Assembly (NCBI GenBank): GCA_004297735.1
Contig: SCTI01000001.1
Coordinates: 115,467-179,466 of the forward strand
From: Patescibacteria group bacterium
GTDB taxonomy: Bacteria > Patescibacteriota > Saccharimonadia > UBA4664 > SCTI01
DNA: 64,000 nt
Direction of reading: 5' to 3'
Below the pieces are notes generated by a model. That model did not search any database, was not told the DNA's origin, and saw only the letters and a list, made by a program, of their open reading frames with translations. A program made the position numbers and the translations under genes. The first letter of the stretch is position 1; the number at the start of each line of letters is the position of its first letter. Of the stretch, positions 54,776-62,755 are shown one piece after another.

Positions 54776-55783
54776 ATGATGGCAAAGAAGAAAGAAGAGA
54801 TCCAGAACGAAGAAATCGTTACTGACGAGCAGGTTGAAGCTCAGGCCGAGGCTGTAACTGACGAAGCTCCAGCCGATAACGCTGCCAAAGAAAACACCGA
54901 CGAAACCCCAGATGACACGGTTGATGAGGATAGCAAGCCTCGCACCACCAAGGCTGGTAAGCGCAGCGCTAAGGCTCAGCGAGAGGCCGACGAAGAAGAA
55001 GCCCGCAAAGAGGCCGCCAAAGAGGATAAAGAGGCTCCAGTAAAGCCTAAAATCGTTCACACGCCTAACCCAAAGAACCGTCACGGCAAAAACTACTTGA
55101 GCTCCCGTGAGCTGATTGAAGAGGGTAAGTTTTACGAGCTACCTGAGGCAATTGAGCTGGCAAAGAAGACCAGCAAGGTCAAGTTTGATGCTTCGGTTGA
55201 GCTGCATATGAACCTAGGAGTTGATCCTAAGCAGGCCGACCAGATGGTGCGTTCAACCGTGGTGCTTCCAGCTGGTACCGGTAAGACCATTCGCGTGGCC
55301 GTAATTGCTCCAACCGATAAGCATGCCGATGCCAAGAAGGCAGGTGCCGATATCGTCAGCGACGAAGCCCTGGTTGAGACCATTAGCAAGGGCAAGATTG
55401 AGTTTGATACCCTAATTGCCACCCCAGACATGATGGCCAAGCTCAGCAAGGCTGCTAAGGTGCTTGGGCCGCGTGGCTTAATGCCAAACCCTAAGAGTGG
55501 TACTGTGACTGCCAACGTAGCGCAGGCGGTTGAGCAGGCTAAGGCCGGTAAGGTTGAGTTCCGCATCGACAAGCAGGCCATTGTTCACCTGCCGGTCGGC
55601 AAGGTTAGCTTTGCGGATGACAAGCTGCTCGAAAACCTGACTACCGCTATTCAGGCGATCATGAAGGCCAAGCCGGCCGCCGCTAAGGGTACTTACGTCG
55701 AGGCGATCTCGTTGACCACCTCCATGGGCCCTGGCATCAAGATTGATGTCACCAAGGCAATTGCCGCCAGCAACAAACGCTAA
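54776..55783 (+). CDS. rplA: 50S ribosomal protein L1 with a roughly 100-aa acidic/Lys-rich N-terminal extension
   Basis: Start at the ATG ATG 54776 after an AGGAG RBS. The L1 core runs from about KPKIVHTPNPKNRHGKNYL onward; the preceding 100 aa are low-complexity E/D/K/A-rich. Confidence 0.9.
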   Translation: MMAKKKEEIQNEEIVTDEQVEAQAEAVTDEAPADNAAKENTDETPDDTVDEDSKPRTTKAGKRSAKAQREADEEEARKEAAKEDKEAPVKPKIVHTPNPKNRHGKNYLSSRELIEEGKFYELPEAIELAKKTSKVKFDASVELHMNLGVDPKQADQMVRSTVVLPAGTGKTIRVAVIAPTDKHADAKKAGADIVSDEALVETISKGKIEFDTLIATPDMMAKLSKAAKVLGPRGLMPNPKSGTVTANVAQAVEQAKAGKVEFRIDKQAIVHLPVGKVSFADDKLLENLTTAIQAIMKAKPAAAKGTYVEAISLTTSMGPGIKIDVTKAIAASNKR

Positions 55784-55804
55784 AACTACTTTTTAGATCA
55801 TCAA

Positions 55805-55827
55805 GCCGCCCGGTTGGGCGGTTTTTG
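55805..55827 (+). terminator. Rho-independent terminator after rplA
   Basis: gccgccc-ggtt-gggcggt followed by ttttt. Confidence 0.7.
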
Positions 55828-55899
55828 ATCGGGTAACTGTATTTGACTCGGATCTTTTTGAGTAAAACTATTTAGACTTTTTGACTCAAATTGGCTGTG

Positions 55900-56214
55900 T
55901 AAAACTACGTGTGCGCCCAGAGCGCACCCACACGTCGCAGCTGCTTCAAAGGTAATTAGCCCTGCTTCGTGCAGTCGGGGGCTGTAGTACCGGAATGTTC
56001 CGCCGACGTTCGGTGTAAAACGTCGGCCTGTAGGTTGAAGGTTTAACCCTGCTACCGATCCTTGCCGATGGCGAGGCGTTGTGTGCCAGTAGTGGCCTCA
56101 ACACCCATGTGCTTAGACTCTTGTTCTCTTCTGACGAGCGGTCGCAGCACCCAGTATTCTTACTCCTCCGGTAGCCCCCGGCTGATTACTGGCTTCTACG
56201 ATCTAGGAGCAAAC
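55900..56214 (+). ncRNA. Candidate structured non-coding RNA immediately upstream of the RT gene (retron msr-msd-like or DRT-type ncRNA candidate)
   Basis: GC-rich, about 315 nt, no credible ORF. Perfect hairpins gtgcgc-ccaga-gcgcac (55911-55927) and gccgacg-ttcggtgtaaaa-cgtcggc (about 55996-56026). Long-range inverted repeat cagtcgggggctg (55972-55984) / agcccccggctg (56173-56184), 11/13 complementary. Confidence 0.4.
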
Positions 56215-57258
56215 ATGCCCCTTCACAACACCGGCCAGCTTGAGCTTGAGCTGGAAGCGTTGATGGAGGAGCCGCTGTTTCACTCCTTCATCCATAAAGA
56301 TGTAAATCGACTCTCTGGAAACGTTAAGTTTCGGCGGGTTTCAGCGCCCAATAAAGCGATGCGCAAGATTCACTTGCAGATTCGAGCGGCGTTGAGCCGG
56401 CTTGATGTTGAAATGCCATACGTCACCGCTGGGCTTCGCAAATCCAAAGTGGTCAACCACGTCAAGGCACATCGTGGCAATCAGTACCTGTGTTGCTATG
56501 ATCTGAAGGCCGCGTATGATCACGTCCGGCCAGAAGCGATGGCTGACATCTTGCGCCAACATGGGTTGCCGGAGTCAGACATTGAACTTGTAGCTCGATA
56601 CTGCTTCGGTAATGAAAGCGGTGGATTGGTGACGGGTGGGCTGGTTTCAGTTCAGCTGTTCAACCTGTACGCCAATGAGGTAATCGACCAGCCGCTCGCA
56701 ACGTTGTTTGCCGAGCGAGGCGGCATCACCTATACCCGTTACATTGATGACCTGATTATCTCCTCGGGTGCTCCGATCGGGAGACGGTTCCGTAGGTCGA
56801 TCCTGCAAATCATTCGGGCGGCTGGGTTCGAGATCAAGCCGGCTAAAACACAGCTAATTGATCTGGCGGCCGAGCATAGTCAGATGGCGGTACTCAACGG
56901 GATTGGGCTCGACCTGAACGGCGAGCTGCACGTAAGGCCGCATTATCGCGAACTGCTCTACAGGCTTATCAAGAGAGCTCAGGCAGGAGAGATTGACCCG
57001 AGTGTCGTCCACGGGTGCATGGGGGCGTTTTACGTCATCAAGCCGCGTGGGCAGCAAATGACTCCAGGCGAGCGCAAGCTGGATCGAGCCTATCGCTGGT
57101 ATGTTAATCAGCAGCGGCGAGCAGATCCTGGCCGACCCGAGCGCCGGAGGCGCAAGCAGCAGCAGTATCGCGCCCGGCGACGACTCAAGCCAAGCTATAA
57201 GCGGCATGGTCGCCGTAGCGGACCGGTTGGCACGTACCGACCAAGACCGACTTTTTAA
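56215..57258 (+). CDS. Compact reverse transcriptase (347 aa; RT domains 1-7, YIDD active site, no maturase/endonuclease domain, Arg-rich C-terminal tail)
   Basis: Motifs: KFRRVSAPNKAMRKIH (1), CCYDLKAAYDHV (2), GGLVTGGLVSVQLFNLYANEV (3/4), YTRYIDDLII (5), GFEIKPAKTQLI (6). Start placed at ATG 56215 with an upstream TAGGAGC RBS. The track ORF begins at 56062, but that N-terminal stretch is Cys/Ser-rich low-quality sequence overlapping the structured RNA. Confidence 0.75.
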   Translation: MPLHNTGQLELELEALMEEPLFHSFIHKDVNRLSGNVKFRRVSAPNKAMRKIHLQIRAALSRLDVEMPYVTAGLRKSKVVNHVKAHRGNQYLCCYDLKAAYDHVRPEAMADILRQHGLPESDIELVARYCFGNESGGLVTGGLVSVQLFNLYANEVIDQPLATLFAERGGITYTRYIDDLIISSGAPIGRRFRRSILQIIRAAGFEIKPAKTQLIDLAAEHSQMAVLNGIGLDLNGELHVRPHYRELLYRLIKRAQAGEIDPSVVHGCMGAFYVIKPRGQQMTPGERKLDRAYRWYVNQQRRADPGRPERRRRKQQQYRARRRLKPSYKRHGRRSGPVGTYRPRPTF

Positions 57259-57259
57259 C

Positions 57260-57287
57260 CCCGCGCGTGGTAGCCACTACGCGCGGG
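57260..57287 (+). terminator. Hairpin immediately after the RT stop (cccgcgcgt-loop-acgcgcggg); weak T-tract
   Basis: 9-bp GC-rich stem seen directly. Confidence 0.4.
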
Positions 57288-57421
57288 AGTTTCGTTTAAT
57301 GAATAAATTATGTGTCTGCTACTTGGCTTTAATAACTGGTATTATTCCGCCCTCAAACCTGGTTTAATCAATATTTAATTATGTTTTGGCAGACTGTATT
57401 GTATTAAATAAGGACGCAGAA

Positions 57422-57625
57422 ATGGGGGCAGAAAAAGTATCGTTTGAGGGGGTTCTAGAGCGGTTGCGAGATGTTGAGGTTAAGTTTGAAAACCTTAGGG
57501 CTAACACTGAGGGCATTACAAAAGACATCCTGGCAGATACCAATAATATGCCAACGTACGAAAGAAGACTCAAGAAGCTGGAGTCAGCAGTTGCGGTGCT
57601 GCAGCGGCTTAAACAAAGGAGGTAA
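57422..57625 (+). CDS. Small coiled-coil protein (67 aa), first gene of a translationally coupled pair downstream of the RT
   Basis: ATG 57422 with an AAGGA RBS. Its stop TAA lies inside the AAGGAGG RBS of the next gene. Lower GC than the RT. Confidence 0.45.
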   Translation: MGAEKVSFEGVLERLRDVEVKFENLRANTEGITKDILADTNNMPTYERRLKKLESAVAVLQRLKQRR

Positions 57626-57628
57626 TAT

Positions 57629-57955
57629 ATGAGCCAGAAAGTTTTCACCTACAAAGGGATTACTATTGATATTGATAGCCCGAGAGATAGTTCCATTTTT
57701 CGTTTGATACCAGTAGAAAAAGTTGATAGTGAGTGGCGCAGTCTGCATTGGGGGTACCAGTGGTACCGCAGTCGCTTGGCGATTGCGTTGAGATTGTGGG
57801 GGATGAATGACGAAGCTAAGGAGACTTTCGAGAAGCTTATTGAGATTGAAAATAACGTTAAAGATGGCTATGTCCCTCCATATGACCGTGCAGCTGAAGA
57901 AAGGAAGGAGCACGAAGAGTACATAAAAGCCGTCTTTGGTTCGGTCCAGAGTTGA
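57629..57955 (+). CDS. Small hypothetical protein (108 aa), second gene of the coupled pair
   Basis: AAGGAGG RBS 7 nt upstream. Confidence 0.5.
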   Translation: MSQKVFTYKGITIDIDSPRDSSIFRLIPVEKVDSEWRSLHWGYQWYRSRLAIALRLWGMNDEAKETFEKLIEIENNVKDGYVPPYDRAAEERKEHEEYIKAVFGSVQS

Positions 57956-57980
57956 CAAACATCGGTTCAACAGATACAAT
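57952..57980 (+). promoter_or_regulatory. Consensus sigma70 promoter for rplJL (TTGACA -17- TACAAT)
   Basis: ttgaca at 57952-57957 and tacaat at 57975-57980. Confidence 0.6.
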
Positions 57981-57984
57981 CATT

Positions 57985-58117
57985 GAGATTACTGAAGACC
58001 GGAGCGGCCGCAAAGCTTAATCAGCTCCCGAGGTACATTAGATTTCATGCTGCGTTCATGAATATTTAATGAGACGTCTTCGGCTAATCGCCGAATTTTT
58101 TGTTTTTGGAGACCAAG
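57985..58117 (+). promoter_or_regulatory. L10 (rplJ) leader with an attenuator hairpin (ttcggc-taatc-gccgaa + ttttttgttttt at 58079..58107)
   Basis: Structured 5' UTR of about 130 nt in the position of the L10(L12)4 autoregulatory leader. Confidence 0.5.
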
Positions 58118-58648
58118 ATGGCAATTACTCGACAGCGAAAAGAAGAGACCGTAGCTCAGCTCCAGGATACCCTGGGACAGCTAAAGTTAATGGTAATGAC
58201 CGACTACCGTGGTTTAACGGTGCCGGAAATTACTGAGTTGCGTGGTAAGCTTCGCGATTCGGGTGTGAACTACTCGGTTACCAAAAACACCCTGTTACGG
58301 ATTGCGGCGAAGAACACGCCCAACCTAGCAGACATCGACCCAGCAACCTTTACCGGCCCGATGGCTTTGGCCATTTCGACCGAGGACGAGGTTGAGCCAG
58401 CTCGCGTGGTATTCCAGTACGCCAAAGAGCACAAGGCGCTCGAAATCGTTGGTGCTATCACCGGCGACGGACAGCTACTGAGCCCAGCCGAGGTTAAGGC
58501 GCTGGCAACTCTACCGACTCGCGAGCAGCTTATTGCTCAGGTGGTTGGCACGATTGCCGCACCTTTGAGTGGTTTGGTTGGTGTAATGGGTGCCAATGTT
58601 CGCGGTATTGTTACCGTACTCAACGCAATTAAAGAAGCAAAAGAATAA
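58118..58648 (+). CDS. rplJ: 50S ribosomal protein L10
   Basis: Start at [10 protein letters not shown] (ATG 58118). Confidence 0.93.
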   Translation: MAITRQRKEETVAQLQDTLGQLKLMVMTDYRGLTVPEITELRGKLRDSGVNYSVTKNTLLRIAAKNTPNLADIDPATFTGPMALAISTEDEVEPARVVFQYAKEHKALEIVGAITGDGQLLSPAEVKALATLPTREQLIAQVVGTIAAPLSGLVGVMGANVRGIVTVLNAIKEAKE

Positions 58649-58658
58649 GGAGGCCATC

Positions 58659-59099
58659 ATGGCAGAGGAAGTAAAAGAGACCCCAGCAGTAGAAGCTGCA
58701 GAAGAGAAAAAAGAAGTTCCAGCTAAGTTTAAGGACTTGGTTGAGCAGATCGACAAGCTGAGCGTACTTGAGCTGAGCGAGTTGGTTAAGGTACTTGAGG
58801 ATCACTACGGCGTGTCCGCAGCTGCACCAGCAGTTGCTGTAGCCGCAGCTCCAGGTGCAGGTGGCGACGAAGCCGCCGCCGAGGAGAAGAGCGCTTACAC
58901 CGTGGTTCTGGCTGCTGCAGGCGACCAGAAGATTAACGTCATCAAGGCGGTTCGCGAGATTACCGGCCAGGGCCTGGCTGAAAGCAAGGCATTGGTTGAT
59001 GGTGCTCCTAAGCCAATTAAGGAAAACGTTCCTAAGGCTGAGGCCGAAGAAGCTAAGGCTGCCCTTGAGGCCGCTGGTGCAACTGTAGAGCTTCAGTAA
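58659..59099 (+). CDS. rplL: 50S ribosomal protein L7/L12 with an N-terminal extension of about 20 aa
   Basis: ATG 58659 after an AAGGAGG RBS. The C-terminal domain is canonical ([28 protein letters not shown]). Confidence 0.93.
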   Translation: MAEEVKETPAVEAAEEKKEVPAKFKDLVEQIDKLSVLELSELVKVLEDHYGVSAAAPAVAVAAAPGAGGDEAAAEEKSAYTVVLAAAGDQKINVIKAVREITGQGLAESKALVDGAPKPIKENVPKAEAEEAKAALEAAGATVELQ

Positions 59100-59194
59100 A
59101 CAAGCTCCTGCTAGCGTCAAAGTAAAGCTTCTTACCAGAAGCTCAGGCGGCAAACTTTGACGTTAGCCTGTCTTCATGATTCAATAAGTATAAT

Positions 59195-59737
59195 TTGGTA
59201 TACCAAAACAAAAGGGTACAACCTGTGACCGACATTGCCGATAAACAACTCAAAACTCTCAAAAAGCTAATAGAACAGGCTGAGACCAACCTGGCCGGGG
59301 CCAAAGAGCTGCTTGCCAGCTTGGTCGGCGACGACGAGACGGTGGCGCCAAGCCGTACCGTAGCCGAGGTTACCGGAAAGGTAATGGAGGGTCGTTTTGA
59401 CGGCGAGCGAATGATTGGTCCAGATGGCAAGCCATATTCGGTGCCGGCCAACTACGCCTCAAAATCAAAGCTAGTTCAAGGCGATGGCCTTAAGCTGACC
59501 ATTGGTGATGATGGTTCTTTCTTGTATAAGCAGATTTCTCCAATTGCCCGTCGCAAGGTGATTGGTACGCTCAACCTTAAAGATGGCCAGTATTATGTTG
59601 AATATCAGGGTCACGACTATCGAGTTTTGTTTGCCAGCGTTACCTACTATAAGGCGCAACCTGGTGATCAGGTAACCATTGTGATCCCCGAAGAGGGTGA
59701 GGCCGACTGGGCCGCAATCGAGGCCGTCCTCGTCTAG
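59195..59737 (+). CDS. Hypothetical protein (180 aa) between rplL and dnaX
   Basis: ORF track; TTG start; no recognisable motifs. Confidence 0.45.
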   Translation: MVYQNKRVQPVTDIADKQLKTLKKLIEQAETNLAGAKELLASLVGDDETVAPSRTVAEVTGKVMEGRFDGERMIGPDGKPYSVPANYASKSKLVQGDGLKLTIGDDGSFLYKQISPIARRKVIGTLNLKDGQYYVEYQGHDYRVLFASVTYYKAQPGDQVTIVIPEEGEADWAAIEAVLV

Positions 59738-59825
59738 TAGTTATCCCCAGATTGTGTACAACTGCCATCTGGAAAATATAGGTTAGCGGCGCTATACTGG
59801 TGTTAGTAGTAAGTAGGGGTTTAAC

Positions 59826-61334
59826 GTGTCTCAGGTGGCCTGGTATCGCAAATACCGCAGCCAAAATTTTGATACCGTGTTGGGGCAGCAGCAGGTGGTA
59901 GAAACCTTACGCTCGGCAATCGCTAGCGATCATCTTAGCCATGCCTACCTGTTTACTGGCCCCAGAGGGGTTGGTAAGACGAGCGTGGCAAGGTTGCTAG
60001 CCCGGGCGGCTAACTGTACCGCCACAGATCCGGCTCAGCGCCCCTGTGGCACTTGCGACAACTGCAAGGTTGAGATTGGTAGCCACCTGGACTTGATCGA
60101 GATAGATGCCGCCAGCAATCGCGGTATTGATGATGCCAGGGCGCTACGCGAAAAAATTACCAGTGCGCCTTCGATGGGTCGCTATAAGGTGTATATTATC
60201 GACGAGGTGCACATGTTGACCACCGAAGCTTTTAATGCCCTGCTCAAGACGCTAGAGGAGCCACCAGCACATGCTATTTTTATTCTGGCCACAACCGAGG
60301 CTCACAAGCTACCCGAAACCATCGTATCGCGAACTCAAAACTTTCGTTTTAGGGCGATCGGCACCAAAGATATGCTGGCCCACCTGCGCTACATCGCCGA
60401 TCAGGAAAAGGTGGCGATAGATGATGGCGCTTTAGAGCTAATTGCAACCACCAGCCAGGGCAGCTTTCGTGATGCAATCGGCATGTTGGATCAAGCAGCA
60501 AACAGCGGTTTAGCGCAGCTCGATGCGGTGGCTTTGCGGCAGCTACTAGGCCATTCTGACCCTGAGCTGGTGCAGTCAATTGTTGGGGCTATAGACGAAA
60601 GTAATGCTAAAGGCTTGCTAGCAGCCATAGATGAGGCTCAAGCTGAAGCCGCTCAACCAGCCCAGTTGGCCCAACAGCTGGTTGGAGTGTACCGGGCGCG
60701 AGTTCGTAGCGCCGCGGCGGCTAACCAAGATGACGCCGGTTTAGGCGAAGCAATTTGGGCGATTGAGCTACTGCTCCCGGTTTTAAAGTCACCTTGGCCT
60801 CAGCTGGCGCTCGAAGCGGCTTTGCTGCGGTTGATTAAAGGTCAGCCCGAGCTAGCTAGTAAGCCACGATTAACGTCGACTCGCAGTTCAAAAGCGCAGT
60901 CAATCAGCCCGACTCAAACTGAATCTAATGCTTCACCGGCGAGCTCAGAGGCCAAAAAAGATGACGCTCAACCGGCGCCATCAACCGGTTCGGCTCAATA
61001 TAGCGATGAGCTATGGATGAAGGCGTTAACCCACATTAAGCAGCGCAACAACTCGCTATACGCCTTACTGCGCTCATCTTGCGCGGTGGAGTTCAGGGAA
61101 AACAACGAAGTGGTGTTGGCCTGTCGTTTTGGGTTTCACCGCGATCGGTTGAAAGAAACCAAGAATAAGCAGGTTATTGAGCAGGCTTTAGCCAAGGTGT
61201 ATGGGACAAAGTTTACGGTTCTGCCTCAGCTTGAGACCCGACAGGCATCAGCGGCTCCAGCGCCAACACCGGCACCGGAAGCTGAACTGGTGGCCTCGGC
61301 TCTTGAAATTCTTGGTGGCGAGGTGGTTTCATGA
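59826..61334 (+). CDS. dnaX: DNA polymerase III subunit gamma/tau
   Basis: GPRGVGKTS Walker A, a zinc module (CGTCDNC) and a SRT motif. GTG start. Confidence 0.9.
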   Translation: MSQVAWYRKYRSQNFDTVLGQQQVVETLRSAIASDHLSHAYLFTGPRGVGKTSVARLLARAANCTATDPAQRPCGTCDNCKVEIGSHLDLIEIDAASNRGIDDARALREKITSAPSMGRYKVYIIDEVHMLTTEAFNALLKTLEEPPAHAIFILATTEAHKLPETIVSRTQNFRFRAIGTKDMLAHLRYIADQEKVAIDDGALELIATTSQGSFRDAIGMLDQAANSGLAQLDAVALRQLLGHSDPELVQSIVGAIDESNAKGLLAAIDEAQAEAAQPAQLAQQLVGVYRARVRSAAAANQDDAGLGEAIWAIELLLPVLKSPWPQLALEAALLRLIKGQPELASKPRLTSTRSSKAQSISPTQTESNASPASSEAKKDDAQPAPSTGSAQYSDELWMKALTHIKQRNNSLYALLRSSCAVEFRENNEVVLACRFGFHRDRLKETKNKQVIEQALAKVYGTKFTVLPQLETRQASAAPAPTPAPEAELVASALEILGGEVVS

Positions 61335-62731
61335 GCCGCGCTACCGACACTAAAAAAGCAATTAAGGGGAATATTGGCAGAATGGTTGCCCCCGGTACGG
61401 TTCCGCCCCATAACCTGGAGGCCGAGGCAGGTCTGTTGGGAGGTATTTTAGTTGATAAAGAGGCCTTGATTAAGGTCGCCGATGTCGTAAAGGCTGAAGA
61501 CTTTTATGTCGATCGCAATGGCATTATCTTTACGGCCATGATTGAGCTGTATGAGGCTCGTCAGCCAATTGATCTACTGACCCTGTCGAACCGTCTTGGC
61601 GAGCTAGAGGAGTTAGAGCGTATTGGTGGCGCAGTTTACCTTACCGAGCTAGCTGAGGGCGTCCCAACCGCTTCGCACGTCGTCCATTATGCGAACATTG
61701 TGTCGCACAAAGCCACCCTTCGCCGCTTAATCAGCGCAGCTGGCACCATTGCCGGTTTGGGTCACGACGAAACCACACCGCTGGACGACCTGCTGGATGA
61801 GGCCGAACAAACCCTGTTTACGGTTTCACAGAAGCACCTTAAGCAGAACTTTATCCCAATTAGCTCGGTATTGGCCGACTCTTTTGATCGTCTAGACGAG
61901 CTGCACAAGGATAAAAACAGCCTTAGAGGTGTGCCGACCGGCTTTAAAGCAATGGATAATCTACTGGCCGGTCTGCAAAAATCAGACTTGGTAATTTTGG
62001 CGGCCCGGCCGAGTATGGGTAAGACCACCCTAGCTTTAAACATTGCTCACCATGTAGCGACCAAAGAGGGTATACCGGTTGGTGTGTTTTCGCTGGAAAT
62101 GGGCAAAGAGCAGCTGATCGATCGTTTGCTGGCGGCCGAGTCGGGGATTGATTCCTGGAAGCTGCGTAACGGGCGGCTAGAAGATAGCGATTTTCCTAAA
62201 ATTAACGACGCGATGGCGGTTTTGAGTGAGGCGCCAATCTATATTGATGACTCCGCTACCACCAATATTTTGGAGATGCGTACCAAGGCGCGCCGGCTTC
62301 AGACCGAGCACGATTTAGGCCTGATTGTGATTGACTACTTGCAGCTGATTAGCGGCCGCAAGATTGGTTCGGGCGACAACCGTACGCAAGAGGTATCGGA
62401 AATTTCGCGTGGTCTCAAGGCCCTGGCACGCGAGCTCAACGTTCCGGTACTAGCATTGAGCCAGCTATCGCGTAGCGTGGAATCGCGAACTCCGCCGGTA
62501 CCACAGCTGTCAGACCTACGCGAATCCGGTTCGATTGAGCAGGATGCGGACGTGGTGATGTTTATTTACCGTGAGGAATACTACAAGCGCGAAGAGTCGG
62601 AGCAGCCCGGCATGGCTCAAATCTTGATCCAGAAGCATCGTAACGGACCAACCGGCGTGGCCGATCTGTACTTCCATCCCGAACGGACCCTGTTCCGCGA
62701 TCTCGATCAAGCTCACCAGTATACACCTTAG
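61331..62731 (+). CDS. dnaB: Replicative DNA helicase DnaB
   Basis: N-terminal domain followed by a RecA-like domain with Walker A ARPSMGKTT and Walker B. Confidence 0.93.
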   Translation: MSRATDTKKAIKGNIGRMVAPGTVPPHNLEAEAGLLGGILVDKEALIKVADVVKAEDFYVDRNGIIFTAMIELYEARQPIDLLTLSNRLGELEELERIGGAVYLTELAEGVPTASHVVHYANIVSHKATLRRLISAAGTIAGLGHDETTPLDDLLDEAEQTLFTVSQKHLKQNFIPISSVLADSFDRLDELHKDKNSLRGVPTGFKAMDNLLAGLQKSDLVILAARPSMGKTTLALNIAHHVATKEGIPVGVFSLEMGKEQLIDRLLAAESGIDSWKLRNGRLEDSDFPKINDAMAVLSEAPIYIDDSATTNILEMRTKARRLQTEHDLGLIVIDYLQLISGRKIGSGDNRTQEVSEISRGLKALARELNVPVLALSQLSRSVESRTPPVPQLSDLRESGSIEQDADVVMFIYREEYYKREESEQPGMAQILIQKHRNGPTGVADLYFHPERTLFRDLDQAHQYTP

Positions 62732-62755
62732 TTTACAATCTAGCCGATTACGGCT

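Noticed and set aside
56062-56214. N-terminal 51-codon extension of the RT ORF in the six-frame track
   Set aside because: Cys/Ser-rich and overlapping the GC-rich hairpin-dense region. A good RBS plus ATG sits at 56215. This stretch is treated as part of the ncRNA, not coding.
55829-57287. Group II intron hypothesis for the RT
   Set aside because: The RT is only about 350 aa with no maturase (X) or En domain. No domain V-like GAGCCGTATGCG...CGGTTC consensus was found in flanking sequence. rplA and rplJ are intact rather than split, although an ORF-less remnant cannot be fully excluded by eye.
55829-57287. Complete DGR (TR/VR plus target gene) within the window
   Set aside because: The upstream non-coding region is not adenine/AAC-rich, and I could not find a second near-identical copy at the 3' end of any ORF in this window. 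This is kept only as an open alternative for the RT class.
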